This document shows positions 1 to 10,146 of a DNA stretch of 64,000 nucleotides, piece by piece. The number at the start of each line of letters is the position of its first letter. Within the stretch, counting starts at the first letter, position 1. The notes under the pieces were generated by a model. That model was not told where the DNA came from, did no database searches, and saw nothing but the letters and a program-made list of their open reading frames with translations. Both the position numbers and the translations under genes were made by a program. Origin of the DNA: Flavobacteriales bacterium (GTDB lineage Bacteria > Bacteroidota > Bacteroidia > Flavobacteriales_F > PHOS-HE28); assembly GCA_041391825.1 (NCBI GenBank), contig JAWKNF010000014.1:3116-67115 (forward strand), in the 5' to 3' direction.

Positions 1-1026
1 ACGGTGCGATCGCCGCGACCGAAGAGGGCGGTCCCGTGATGCTGGAGCTGCCGTACCCGCGCAACAACCTGCGCATCGAGCTGGCCATCCTGGAGTTCAC
101 GGCGCCCGAACGCAATCGCTACAAATGGCGCATGCTGGGCTACCGGGACGCGTGGACCACCGCCGCGGCCACGGTTCCCATCGAGTTGAACAACGTGCCG
201 CCCGGCGCATTCACCTTGGAGGTGGTCGGCATCAACGGCGATGGTGTGGAAGGACCGCTCACGTCCATGCTCGCGATCGGGGTGGCACGGCCCTTCTGGG
301 CAGCGCCGTGGTTCATCGCCCTGGTGTCCGCCGCGGTGATCGCCGCCATCGCGTGGCTCTGGGCGTTGGCCTACCGAAGCGGATGGAAGCACGGATGCGC
401 GAGGCGGAACGGGAGGTGAAGGAACTGCGCATGCGCACCCGGCTTGCAAAGGACATCCATGATGATGTGGGCAGCGGATTGGCCCGTCTCGCGGCCCTTT
501 CGCGATCACCCCAACGCAGCATCGATGCCGATGCGCGCTTCGAGAAAGTGGGCGCCATCAGCAGTGAACTGTTGGACAACCTGCGCGACGTGGTGTGGAT
601 GAACGACCCGCGTAACGGCACACTTGACCAGCTGCCGATCCGCCTGCGGGAGTTCGCCTTGGACCCTCTTCGAGGACAGCGATGCCAAGGTCGTTTGCGA
701 CTTCCCGGAACCACTGCCCACAACCAATCGGTGGCGCCTTCCGCCGGAACTTGATGTCGACCGCCGCGAAGCCCTGCACAACGCGAAGAAGTACAGCGGC
801 GCAAACTGCATCACCCTGCACTGGCGCATGGATGCGGAAGGCTTCGCTTCGCCGTGAGCGATGATGGCGGAGGAACAGGGACCGGTCCGGCACAAGGGGC
901 GGGCAGGGCAGTGGGAACATGCGCCAACGCGCCGAGGAGGTTCAGGCACATTTTGAACGCGTTGTGAACAAGGATGGCGGTACCACGGTGCGCGTCTTTG
1001 GTCGAACTTCGTGCTTGCATGAATGA
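1..1026 (+). pseudogene. Sensor histidine kinase, 3' part (Y_Y_Y repeat end, TM helix, HisKA_3, HATPase_c). The 5' end lies outside the window and the frame is broken at least 6 times as assembled.
   Basis: ORF 36-419 gives a Y_Y_Y-type end plus a TM helix (FIALVSAAVIAAIAWLWALAY). Frame 2 gives LAKDIHDDVGSGLARL (H-box). Frame 3 gives REALHNAKKYSGA (N-box). Frame 2 gives LRFAVSDDGGG. Frame 1 gives GNMRQRAEEVQAHFERVVNKDGGTTVRVF, ending at TGA 1024-1026. Confidence 0.7.
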
Positions 1027-1653
1027 GGGCAGGATCGCCGTGGCATATCGTGGAGGACGACAGCATACTTCGCGAAGCTTTTCAGGAAGCCGTGCAGGCC
1101 GATGCCGGCTTTGAACTCACCGGTGCGTTCGCCAGCGGGGAAGAGTTTTGCACAAGCATTTGCCACACCACCGGACGTGGCGATCATGGACCTGAACCTG
1201 CCGGGCATGAGCGGGATCGAATGCACCCGTCGGTTGAAGGAGCAACGCGCAGCAACACAGGTGCTGGTATGCACCGTACAGGACGATGACGAGAGCCTGT
1301 TCACGGCCTTGTGCGCAGGCGCCACGGGGTACCTCCTGAAGGACGCCCGACCGGAGCAGGTGCTGGAGGCTCTGAGGATCCTGCACGCGGGCGGTTCGCA
1401 CATGAGCCCAGGCATCGCGCGTCGCGTGATCGCGAGCTTCACCGCAAGCCGCAAACAGCCCAAGGAGTACGAGCTGCTGACCGAACGCGAACGGCAGGTG
1501 CTGGAGCAATTGGCGAAAGGGCAGCGCTACAAGGAGATCGCCGATGGCTTGCACCTGAGCATCGACACGGTACGTACGCATGTGCGCAACCTGTACGAGA
1601 AGTTGCAGGTGAGTTCGCGCACCGATGCGCTGAACAAGCTCTACCCACGGTAG
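1019..1653 (+). CDS. LuxR/NarL-family response regulator (REC + LuxR HTH), with two frameshifts in the first ~130 nt as assembled
   Basis: ATG 1019 overlaps the kinase stop. The pieces are MNEGRIAVA (frame 2), IVEDDSILREAFQEAVQADAGFELTGAFASGEEF (frame 3), then ORF 1102-1653 with DVAIMDLNLPGMSG and LTERERQVLEQLAKGQRYKEIADGLHLSIDTVRTHVRNLYEKL. Confidence 0.8.
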
Positions 1654-1735
1654 GGCGGTCCTTTTTTCACATGAAAGTGGTATGGCGCTGCGAGCCGCCG
1701 CGCGGGAGCTTTGCGGCACACCAATGTACCACCCT

Positions 1736-2623
1736 ATGGAACGAACACTTACGCTCTCCGCACTCCTGCTTTCCACCGTTCTCCAGGCCCAGGTCACGCT
1801 GGACCACGGCATGCTCGCGCCCAACGGCGTGCAGTTGTCCATGTACATGGTCACCGCGCCGGGCAGCGCCACCACACCTTCCGATGGGGCGGACCAGACC
1901 TGGGACCTGAGCAGCGTGACGCTGCAACCCCTGGGTTCGCTTGATTTCACCGGGGCCAGCAACACGGCCTACGCCGCCAACTTCCTGGCCGCCAACTGGG
2001 CGTGGGTGCAGACCGTGACCGGCGTGGGCGCTGAGATCACCTACCTGAACATCGCGATGGACGGGATCGAAGTGCTGGCCACGCGTGTGCCTGCTGCGAC
2101 CAATAGCTACAGCGACCCGAAGCGGATCCTTCAGTTCCCGATGAGCCTTGGGCAGAGCCTCACTGATGGCTATACGGACATGGACGGCCCCGCCTCCGTG
2201 ACCTGGAGCTACACCGGGCATGGAACGGGCATCACCCCCCTGGGCACCTTCACGGACCTGGCCAAAGTGGTGAGCACGGAGGAGGACATGGTCCTGTGGA
2301 ACACGACACCGCTCTATCCGCTTGTGATCGACAATGGCAGCACCGTGCTGGTGTTCGCAGCGAGCAACGTGGGCATCGAAGGCTTCGGCGCACGGGCCGC
2401 CGTACAGGTGTACCCCAATCCATGCACCGATCGCTTGGTGGTGGAAGGTGCGCTCAACACCGCATGGCGCATTACCGACCTGCAAGGACGTACTGTAAGC
2501 AACGGGTCCTTCAACGGCATGGGTCTGCAGCAACTCGATGTCCAGGCCCTCACCACGGGCAGTTACATCCTGCTGATGGATAGCGACGGCCAGGACCGCG
2601 CGATCCGCTTCAACAAACAGTGA
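1736..2623 (+). CDS. Secreted protein with a T9SS type A (Por-tail) C-terminal sorting domain
   Basis: In ORF 1682-2623, in-frame ATG 1736 gives the signal peptide MERTLTLSALLLSTVLQAQV. The C-terminus is VYPNPCTDRLVVEG...LTTGSYILLMDSDGQDRAIRFNKQ. Confidence 0.65.
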   Translation: MERTLTLSALLLSTVLQAQVTLDHGMLAPNGVQLSMYMVTAPGSATTPSDGADQTWDLSSVTLQPLGSLDFTGASNTAYAANFLAANWAWVQTVTGVGAEITYLNIAMDGIEVLATRVPAATNSYSDPKRILQFPMSLGQSLTDGYTDMDGPASVTWSYTGHGTGITPLGTFTDLAKVVSTEEDMVLWNTTPLYPLVIDNGSTVLVFAASNVGIEGFGARAAVQVYPNPCTDRLVVEGALNTAWRITDLQGRTVSNGSFNGMGLQQLDVQALTTGSYILLMDSDGQDRAIRFNKQ

Positions 2624-2661
2624 TCCACTGCGCCACTTCACCCAACAACGAACACAACGCC

Positions 2662-4251
2662 ATGTTACGCAAGCACCCACTACGCCGCAGTGCCTTTCTC
2701 CTGCTCCTGCTGCCGGCCCTGCTGTGGGCGCAAAAGGAGTTCCCCAAGACCTGGGAGAGCAAATTCTCGGTGGATGCCCGCTGGCGTGGCTATACGGAGG
2801 ACCTCGCCTTCGTGATCGGCGGCGATATGAGCGAGATCGAAGTGATCGATGGCGCCACGGGCAAGTCCTTGTGGGTTTACAACGTCAAGGAAAAGCAGGG
2901 CGTGAAGAAGTTCGAGGATTGGAAGACGCACCACGAGACCAGCACCGTGGAAGTGATCACCCAGAAAAGCAGTAGTGGCCCTCGCGTGAGCACCTTCCTG
3001 GATTATCGGACCGGTGAGGTGGTCGCTGAAACCCAGCTGGCCGCTCGCACCAAAGAGCCGGCCCGGTCCCGCACGAGAACGATGCGCACACGACGGGTGA
3101 ACCAGAGCAGCTGCGAGGATGAGGCGTCCAATACCACCATCGACATCGGCTATGATGCGAAGAACATCATGAGCGCCAAGGGTGGCACGGACCTCAACAT
3201 CACCGTAGAAGCCTCGGGTGGCCATAGCTGGAAGGCCAACTTCACAGGCAAGGTGGTACGCCACCTGAACAACGACATGCTACCGGCGGAAGAGGGTGAT
3301 GTGATCCTGGGTGTGAGCAGTGGCCATGGCCGCGTGTTCGTGATCTACGAAGGCATCACCTGCCTCGACCTGGCCACCGGTAGGATCCTTTGGAACACCA
3401 CCTTCGACAATGTGGAGTACAGCGGTGGCCTGAAGGCGAAACAGGAGATCGGTCGCAGCGCACCGCCGCTGATCGCGTCCGATGGGGTGTACATCTGCGA
3501 CTTCACGAAAGGTGAACGGGCGATCAAGAAGCTCGACCTCACTACCGGTGCAGTTCTTTGGCAGGCTGACAAACTCGCGAAGGACGATATCGTATCCGAG
3601 CTGCTCGTGGATGGTGGCAACTTGATCGCCCGTTTCGGCGGCCTCATCCGTGTGGAGCAATACATTCCCGGTATCGATGGCAAGCCGGACGTCTACAAGG
3701 TCGACTATGTTTTCGAGGGCTCCACCTCGCTTCGTGCCTATGCCACTGCTACGGGCAAGCCGGTATGGAACAGCGAGGCCATGGACCTTTCGGATAACTT
3801 CAAGAAGAGCGAGTGCAGCATGATAAGCGGCAACGGACAAGTGATGGCCTGTGGGGAGAAGAACCTGTACACCTTCGACGCGGCCAGCGGCAAGTTGTTG
3901 AAGCAGGTGGACTACAATGCGAAGACCATCGGCAAGGCGAAGTGGCTGTATGCGTTCAATGGCACGTACATGATCGAAGGGGAAGAGGGCATCATGGCCT
4001 TGGGTCCGGACGGTAACGTGATCTATGCGGTGAACACCGGCAAATGCCTGATGACCGAAACACGAGGAAATGCCTTCATCGTATGGACCGGCAAGAGATC
4101 GGATGACCGCAACGCCTTCATCCGCTTCGATCCGACCACGGGCGCCATCGCCGGCAAGCTGGAGGATTGCCCTCGACCCTGTTTCGACCTCACCGGCGAT
4201 CGCTTCCTGAAATTCGACGGACAGAAGTTGACGCAGTACCGCACCAATTGA
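2662..4251 (+). CDS. Secreted PQQ-like/BamB-like beta-propeller repeat protein
   Basis: In ORF 2620-4251, ATG 2662 gives MLRKHPLRRSAFLLLLLPALLWAQ. Blade motifs recur: GATGKSLWVY, LATGRILWNT, LTTGAVLWQA, ATGKPVWNSE, AASGKLLKQV. Confidence 0.5.
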   Translation: MLRKHPLRRSAFLLLLLPALLWAQKEFPKTWESKFSVDARWRGYTEDLAFVIGGDMSEIEVIDGATGKSLWVYNVKEKQGVKKFEDWKTHHETSTVEVITQKSSSGPRVSTFLDYRTGEVVAETQLAARTKEPARSRTRTMRTRRVNQSSCEDEASNTTIDIGYDAKNIMSAKGGTDLNITVEASGGHSWKANFTGKVVRHLNNDMLPAEEGDVILGVSSGHGRVFVIYEGITCLDLATGRILWNTTFDNVEYSGGLKAKQEIGRSAPPLIASDGVYICDFTKGERAIKKLDLTTGAVLWQADKLAKDDIVSELLVDGGNLIARFGGLIRVEQYIPGIDGKPDVYKVDYVFEGSTSLRAYATATGKPVWNSEAMDLSDNFKKSECSMISGNGQVMACGEKNLYTFDAASGKLLKQVDYNAKTIGKAKWLYAFNGTYMIEGEEGIMALGPDGNVIYAVNTGKCLMTETRGNAFIVWTGKRSDDRNAFIRFDPTTGAIAGKLEDCPRPCFDLTGDRFLKFDGQKLTQYRTN

Positions 4252-5012
4252 GCGGTCCGCAACGTTGGCTCCTGCTGAGCTTCGGTCTTGCGCTTAGCAC
4301 AATGCGTGTGGTCGCCCAGCAAACAGCGATTACATACGATCCGACCAAGTACATCCTGGTGGATGCACGCTTGTTGCGAGGCTCGGTGGGTTACACGCAA
4401 TTCGGCATCAGCGATGTGGACACATTGCCCGATCGTTTGGGCATGGGAGTGGATCTGCGGATCGAAGCGCGCCTGGTGTCCAGCTTCATGAAGAAGACCG
4501 AAGGCTTCGTGATCGCCGACGCCTTCTACCTGGGCCTCAGCATGGGGCGAATGAGCAGCGAGCCGCTGTTCTATTACACCAGCCCAGAGAGCCGCTTTGC
4601 CTATGTGATGCGCTTCGGTTATTCCTTCCTGGCTGGCTATAGCAACGAACATTTCGGCGTGCTCGGTAGCAAGGGGGTCGATCTGAGCGCCGCGGAGGTC
4701 GGTGGCAGCAGCTTGCCTGGTGACGCGCTCTTGGCCACCACCGCCCCTTGGCTGGCGCGTGTGGAGTTCCGTCCGGCCTACTCTGAGGAGTTCCGCATCA
4801 TGCTCACAGGCTGGGACAACTTCCGCGAAGGGACACGCAACAACGGGTTCCGCGTGGACATCCCGATCCTGCCCAAGCGCCGTTTCTTCCTCAGCTACAC
4901 CTTCAATCGTAGCAGTGGCCAAGTGGCCTATGCCAGCTTCGACAACGACCGATATGCTGCGGGCGTGTTCACCCAGCACATGATCGGCCTGCGCTTCGGT
5001 TCAATCTACTGA
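4248..5012 (+). CDS. Hypothetical exported protein, possibly an outer-membrane beta-barrel
   Basis: In ORF 4167-5012, in-frame TTG 4248 overlaps the upstream stop and gives a signal-like N-terminus (RWLLLSFGLALSTMRVVAQQ). The protein ends ...GLRFGSIY (aromatic terminus). I recognise no family. Confidence 0.4.
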   Translation: MSGPQRWLLLSFGLALSTMRVVAQQTAITYDPTKYILVDARLLRGSVGYTQFGISDVDTLPDRLGMGVDLRIEARLVSSFMKKTEGFVIADAFYLGLSMGRMSSEPLFYYTSPESRFAYVMRFGYSFLAGYSNEHFGVLGSKGVDLSAAEVGGSSLPGDALLATTAPWLARVEFRPAYSEEFRIMLTGWDNFREGTRNNGFRVDIPILPKRRFFLSYTFNRSSGQVAYASFDNDRYAAGVFTQHMIGLRFGSIY

Positions 5013-5119
5013 AATGTCGCATGGTCCTGGGTTCTGACCTCGCCAATTGAAGCTGGATCATCCTTGAGGTAAGCGGGGATCACGGAGGTCCAGCATCGGC
5101 CGCCAGGCATCGAGAGGAC

Positions 5120-5127
5120 TATTTTTG
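5120..5127 (+). promoter_or_regulatory. Candidate Bacteroidota -7 promoter box (TAnnTTTG)
   Basis: TATTTTTG lies 4 nt upstream of ATG 5132. Confidence 0.3.
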
Positions 5128-5131
5128 CGGC

Positions 5132-5563
5132 ATGGTGACCGAACTACCAAAGGCCGAAACCGAACTGGTCACGATCCGATACACCGCGTCGGATCGCGTT
5201 GAAGTGCGTTTCAAGTCCGGTGTGCGATTCACGGCCGATCGCATCGTCGAGATGATGAAGGAACGTGCTCGCCTGGGGGCTTCAGGTCCGCATCGTGTGT
5301 TGATGTTGATGCCGGAAGTGATCGACTTCGACCCGAACATGGTACAGGTGGAGCACTACACGAATGTCCCGCAGCCGAACACCGAAGCGGTCGCATGGGT
5401 GGCGCACAACCTCGCTGATGCGCACATCACGAAGTTGGTGGTGGAACGTGGGCTACCCACCTTTCCGTGGAAGGTGTTCCTGAGCGAGGCGGAGGCCCGT
5501 GCTTGGTTGGAGGAGCCGAAGCCGGGATCGGGCGTGCTGCATGTCCGAACGGGTGCTGTATGA
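5132..5563 (+). CDS. Hypothetical protein (143 aa)
   Basis: Clean ORF with coding-like composition. I cannot name any motif with confidence; a STAS/SpoIIAA-like fold is only a guess. Confidence 0.45.
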   Translation: MVTELPKAETELVTIRYTASDRVEVRFKSGVRFTADRIVEMMKERARLGASGPHRVLMLMPEVIDFDPNMVQVEHYTNVPQPNTEAVAWVAHNLADAHITKLVVERGLPTFPWKVFLSEAEARAWLEEPKPGSGVLHVRTGAV

Positions 5564-5579
5564 GGTAGGTCGTTGGCCG

Positions 5580-7469
5580 CTACCGCAATAGCGAAACATG
5601 ACCACTCCGTTGTGCGCGTAGCGCACCTTCCGGTCCTTGCCACGAATAATTCAGCGTGTACACGTACACGCCGATCGGGAGTTCATCGCCACGCCATGCG
5701 AAGTCGGGGTCGATGCTGCGATGGATGCTGTTCCCCCAACGGTCGTATAGTTCCAATTCGAAGTCGATCGGTGTGCAATCCATGCGTACGCTGAACGCGT
5801 CGTTGATGCCATCGCCATTCGGGGTGAAGGCGTTCGGTAGGTAGAGGGGACAGCGGCAGTTGCGGGTATCCACGAACACCGCGTCGCTGCTGGTGCATCC
5901 GAGCGTGTCGGTGAGGAACAAGGTGTAGTTCCCGGCTTCTTGAACGGTGATGCTGGCGGTCGTGTCCCCCGTGCTCCAGAGCAAGTTGCCTGGCAAGGCA
6001 CCGGCGTCGAGGCGCAAGGGCACATCATCGCAGGTGCTCACGTCCGGGCCGAGGTCGAAGGGCGTGCCACCGATATGCACATCCACGGTATCGAACAGGG
6101 TGCTGCAAGGCAGCTGCACTTCCACGGTATAGCGGCCGCTGGCGTATACGGTGATGCTCGCGCTCGTTTCCCCTGTGTTCCACGAATAGGCGGGCGTGTG
6201 GAAAGGATGGGTCCAGGCGGCATCCAGAAGAATGCCTTCGCCGGGTTCGCAGACCAAGGTGTCGCGCAAGGCGATCGGATCGTCCGGCGGCGGGGTGGGA
6301 TAGGTGTCCCAGTGGTTGGGAAGGCCCCAAGTGCTCGGGTTGCTTCCGGTGCTGACGGCATTGTTCACGAAACCGCAACCTGGTCCGGGCACATCAGGGT
6401 CGCTTATCGCGCTGAGGTAGGTGGCGCCGTTCAAGCGTGCGCAGTAGATGCGACCGTCCGGAGCGAGCTGCAAGCTGCCGAAGGCCCGGTTCTCGTTGGC
6501 CAGCACCACCTCGGTGTTCATCGGGTCCGCGCTGGTGAGGTCGTATTGGCGGATGGTGCTGTAGCCGCCACCGTTCAGCAGGCCATGGTCGCTCATGTAG
6601 ACCAGCTGGCCGTTCGGCGAGAACTCCACCCCGTAGCCGCGGCTGAAAAGTTCAGCAGTGCCACCGATGCTATCGCTTTGGATGTTCGAAAGTTGCCCGG
6701 TGCTGTTGTCGAAGTCGAGGACATCGAAGTAGGTGGAGGACCACCATTGGGAGGTGCTGTAGGGGATCAGGTTACCCCATGCGTTGGCCAAGCGCGTGCC
6801 TTGGCGGTCCAGCTTCATGCACCCGATGATCGAGGAGCCGGAGCCATCGGCATTGCCGGTCATCGCCCTTCCGATGTTGGAGACCACGGGCCCTTCCACA
6901 CCTTGGCAGGTGACCAGGTAGGCCAGATAGGCATCGCTTTGCCATTGGTGATACAACACCCATACATCGCGGCCATTGGCGTGGCGCGTGGCCGTAAGCC
7001 GTTCGGTCACCGGGCCAGCGAGCAGGACGTTGGCCGTGACCACATCACCGGTCCCACCGTTCGCGCTCATGTCCACCACGCTGTAAGACGCATTGGGCTG
7101 GCCGATCCATTGGCCCGCCTCGGCCGGAGCCGTGAAGAGGTAGTAGCGTTCGGGATCATCGGGGAAGGGCACGATGAGCGCGCTCTGACTGGTGGAAAAG
7201 GTGCCGAACAGCCCGGTCCCATTGGGCATCACGTTGTTGTTGCGGTCCCACACGGTCTCGCCGTTGCTGTAGAAGAGCAGCTGCCCGTTGGCGTCGCAGA
7301 TGCTGGCGCAGCCTTCGTCGGTGCTGAGGGGGGTGGTGATGGCCAAGGGCACGCCCCCGGAGAAGTCGAGGCCTGCGTTGAATCCGAAGGGCCAGAACGC
7401 GTGCTGGGCTTGGGCGGAGCAAGCGCTCGCAAGCAGGGCATGGAACAATACGGAGAACAGGGGACGCAT
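5580..7469 (-). CDS. Large secreted protein with a T9SS type B (gliding-motility-associated) C-terminal domain
   Basis: In ORF 5580-7649, ATG 7469 gives the signal peptide MRPLFSVLFHALLASACSAQA. The C-terminus is CPLYLPNAFTPNGDGINDAF...YDRWGN...GVYVYTLNY. Confidence 0.7.
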   Translation of the reverse strand: MRPLFSVLFHALLASACSAQAQHAFWPFGFNAGLDFSGGVPLAITTPLSTDEGCASICDANGQLLFYSNGETVWDRNNNVMPNGTGLFGTFSTSQSALIVPFPDDPERYYLFTAPAEAGQWIGQPNASYSVVDMSANGGTGDVVTANVLLAGPVTERLTATRHANGRDVWVLYHQWQSDAYLAYLVTCQGVEGPVVSNIGRAMTGNADGSGSSIIGCMKLDRQGTRLANAWGNLIPYSTSQWWSSTYFDVLDFDNSTGQLSNIQSDSIGGTAELFSRGYGVEFSPNGQLVYMSDHGLLNGGGYSTIRQYDLTSADPMNTEVVLANENRAFGSLQLAPDGRIYCARLNGATYLSAISDPDVPGPGCGFVNNAVSTGSNPSTWGLPNHWDTYPTPPPDDPIALRDTLVCEPGEGILLDAAWTHPFHTPAYSWNTGETSASITVYASGRYTVEVQLPCSTLFDTVDVHIGGTPFDLGPDVSTCDDVPLRLDAGALPGNLLWSTGDTTASITVQEAGNYTLFLTDTLGCTSSDAVFVDTRNCRCPLYLPNAFTPNGDGINDAFSVRMDCTPIDFELELYDRWGNSIHRSIDPDFAWRGDELPIGVYVYTLNYSWQGPEGALRAQRSGHVSLLR

Positions 7470-7671
7470 CGAACTTCTGCGGTAGTGACGCGATCCAAAG
7501 CGGGAACGATGCTTGGCCGGGCTGGAACGCAGTGATCGGGACGAATGGCACGCGACCACCACAAGCCCGTTACCCATCCTGTTCGTTCTTCTGCATATAT
7601 GGCCGACCAATGGAACCCCAGAACAGGAAGTGCGCCACGAGGAGCGCACTTCACTGGATCGGGTATGATGA

Positions 7672-8174
7672 TCACGGCATGACGGCCGTGGCCTCCGCCT
7701 TCGGCTTAGCGCTCACACTGATGTCACGGATGCATTCCCACTTGTCGCCCTTTTTCTTGAACACGCTGAAGTAGGTGCCGTGGTCCACCTCCGTGCCGGA
7801 GGGGTCGGTGTCGACCCATGAACCGATCTCGGTGATGTGATCATCCCCAACGAAGAGCTCGAGCACTTTATAGGTCGGCTTCACACCCAGGGTGTCCTTG
7901 GCCAGGTTCTCCGCAAGTCGCTGGCGCATGGCCTCTTTGCCCATTGCGGGTTCCTTCTCGCGCGAGTAGCTGACCACGTCATCGGCGTAATAGGCCAGGA
8001 TCGCATCGGGGTCCTTGGCAACGGACGCGGCGGCATACGCATCTTCCATGGCTTGGATCTCAGCGGTGATCGCCGCCATGTCGACAACGGGAGCAGGTGG
8101 CGGCGGCGGGTGCCGCAGGAGGATAGCAACAGAGCGAAGCCACCGAAGGTGGAAAGGGGAAGTAGGTTACGCAT
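7672..8174 (-). CDS. Lipoprotein with a SnoaL-like/DUF4440 (NTF2-fold) domain, with one frameshift as assembled
   Basis: ATG 8174 gives MRNLLPLSTFGGFALLLSSCG (lipobox). ORF 7672-8079 gives AILAYYADDVVSY...GTYFSVFKKKGDKWECIRD. The frames join if GGG 8108-8110 is read as GGGG, giving ...SSCGTPPPPPAPVVDMAAIT. Confidence 0.6.
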
Positions 8175-8313
8175 ATGGTGGATGGGTTTTGGTTCGTTCC
8201 CCAAGGTAGGCCATAGCGACCCGGCCTGAAGGAAACGGGAACGCGAGCGGTCCGGATGCATCGAGAGGGACCGGCTGACGCCCCCTACCTTTCGCTTCCA
8301 TGTTCCACCGCCC

Positions 8314-9297
8314 ATGCTCGTAGCCGTTACCGGTGCCAGTGGCCACATCGGGAACGTGGTATGCCGCCGATCGTTGGCGGAAGGCCACCGCGTTCGGGCC
8401 TTGGTGCGTGACGACAAGCGGGCGTTGGCCGGTTTGAACGTGGACTTGGTGCAGGGGGATGTGCTGGAGCTATCCGACCTGCTGCGCCTCTGTGAAGGAT
8501 GTGATGCGGTGGTGCACTGCGCGGCCATCATCAGTGTCGATCCGGACCCCGCTGGCCGTGTGTTCCATACCAATACGCAAGGGGCCCTGAACGTGCATGC
8601 AGCGGCCATGGCCTGTGGCGTGCGACGAATGGTGTACATCAGCAGTGTCCATGCCGTGACCGAACTTCCACACGAGCTGCCTTACGACGAAACACGCCCA
8701 TACAAGACCGCCGCCGATGGTCCGTACGACCTCTCGAAAGCCACAGCGGAACAACAACTGCTCGCCTTGGTGGACAACGTTGGACCGGAAGTGGTGGTGT
8801 TACGCCCGAGCGCCGCGCTGGGTCCTTTTGATACGAAGCCGTCCAAGCTGGGTGCGGCTTTGATCGACCTTTACCGGGGCAAGGTGCCGGTGGTGCCGGC
8901 AGGTGGTTATGATCTGGTCGACGTGCGCGATGTGGCGCGTTCAGTGGTGGCGGCCATCACCCATGGGCGCAATGGAGAGGTATACCTGCTGAGCGGGAAG
9001 TACTGCACGTTGGTGGAGCTTGCCCGAACCATCGAACGCGTGACCGGCCGACGCATGCCCGGACGGGTATTGTCTTTCGGCGTGCTCACCTTCCTGCTTC
9101 CACTGGTGCGTGCTTGGGCCTGGTTCACAAGAAGCGCCCCTTCCTTCACAAAAGGCGCCATCGATGCCTTGCGGAAAGGACACCCGCGCATGGACAGCAC
9201 CAAGGCACAACGGGAACTGGGTCATAGCAGCCGTCCATTGGAAGAGAGCGTGCGCGACTTTTACACTTGGCAGAAGGAGGCCGGAACGATCACCTGA
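8314..9297 (+). CDS. NAD-dependent epimerase/dehydratase-family SDR
   Basis: Carries VAVTGASGHIGNVV (Rossmann GxxGxxG), a YDLSK catalytic YxxxK, and extended-SDR length (327 aa). Confidence 0.8.
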   Translation: MLVAVTGASGHIGNVVCRRSLAEGHRVRALVRDDKRALAGLNVDLVQGDVLELSDLLRLCEGCDAVVHCAAIISVDPDPAGRVFHTNTQGALNVHAAAMACGVRRMVYISSVHAVTELPHELPYDETRPYKTAADGPYDLSKATAEQQLLALVDNVGPEVVVLRPSAALGPFDTKPSKLGAALIDLYRGKVPVVPAGGYDLVDVRDVARSVVAAITHGRNGEVYLLSGKYCTLVELARTIERVTGRRMPGRVLSFGVLTFLLPLVRAWAWFTRSAPSFTKGAIDALRKGHPRMDSTKAQRELGHSSRPLEESVRDFYTWQKEAGTIT

Positions 9298-9299
9298 GC

Positions 9300-10064
9300 A
9301 TGGACGCACGCACCTTCGAGTGGATCACGTGGGGCTGGGTGGCCTTGGCCGTGGTGACCCACATCGCGCTGCACTTCGTGGTCGCACCGTTCGGTCGGCA
9401 TAGCTCCACCAAGTGGGGGCCCGGCATCAACAACAAGGCGGGCTGGATGATCATGGAGCTGCCGTCCTTGGCCATCATGGTGTACTTCCTCTTGACCGGA
9501 AGCCGTTCCTTGCAATGCTGCGCGTGGATCCTCTTCGCAGTGTGGATCGTGCACTACACCAACCGCACCTTCATTTACCCATTGCGTATCCGGCCCACAC
9601 CGAAGCGCATGCCACTGTTCATCGTGGGCAACGCGATCTTCTTCAACCTCATGAACGCAGGGCTGAACGGCTACTACCTGGCGGAGCTAGCGCCGGTCGG
9701 GAGCTATGGCACGGGGTGGCTCGGCAGCCCGAAATTCGCGTTGGGCATGGCCCTCTTCCTCTCCGGCCTCTACCTTAACTGGCGATCCGATGGGATCCTC
9801 ATCCGTTTGCGCGCCAAGGGCGAAACAGGGTATCGTATCCCGCGCGGCTTTCTCTTCGATCGCATCACAGCACCCAATCTCCTCGGCGAGATCGTGGAGT
9901 GGACGGGCTTCGCCGTGATGGCTTGGAACCTACCGGCCTTCAGCTTCATGCTGTGGACCTTGGCCAATCTGGTACCGCGCGCATTGGACCATCATCGCTG
10001 GTACCAGCGCACTTTTACGGACTATCCGAAGGAGCGTAAGGCGGTATTTCCGGGAGTGCTGTAG
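9300..10064 (+). CDS. 3-oxo-5-alpha-steroid 4-dehydrogenase (steroid 5-alpha-reductase)-like membrane protein
   Basis: ATG 9300 lies 3 nt after the upstream TGA. The protein is multi-TM with the C-terminal signature NLLGEIVEWTGFAVMAW...HHRWYQRTFTDYPKERKAVFPGVL. Confidence 0.7.
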   Translation: MDARTFEWITWGWVALAVVTHIALHFVVAPFGRHSSTKWGPGINNKAGWMIMELPSLAIMVYFLLTGSRSLQCCAWILFAVWIVHYTNRTFIYPLRIRPTPKRMPLFIVGNAIFFNLMNAGLNGYYLAELAPVGSYGTGWLGSPKFALGMALFLSGLYLNWRSDGILIRLRAKGETGYRIPRGFLFDRITAPNLLGEIVEWTGFAVMAWNLPAFSFMLWTLANLVPRALDHHRWYQRTFTDYPKERKAVFPGVL

Positions 10065-10146
10065 CTCGGATCGGGTGCTTTGGCCGATCTGAATATCCTG
10101 ATACGTTTTTATTGATCCGGCATGGGATCCCGGCACTACCTTCCAC

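Noticed and set aside
5940-7535. 531-aa ORF on the plus strand
   Set aside because: It lies entirely antisense to the T9SS type B cargo gene (5580-7469), which has clear signal-peptide and C-terminal-domain evidence. Its translation is Ala/Gly/Arg/Val-rich with no motif. Long stop-free antisense frames are expected in high-G+C coding DNA.
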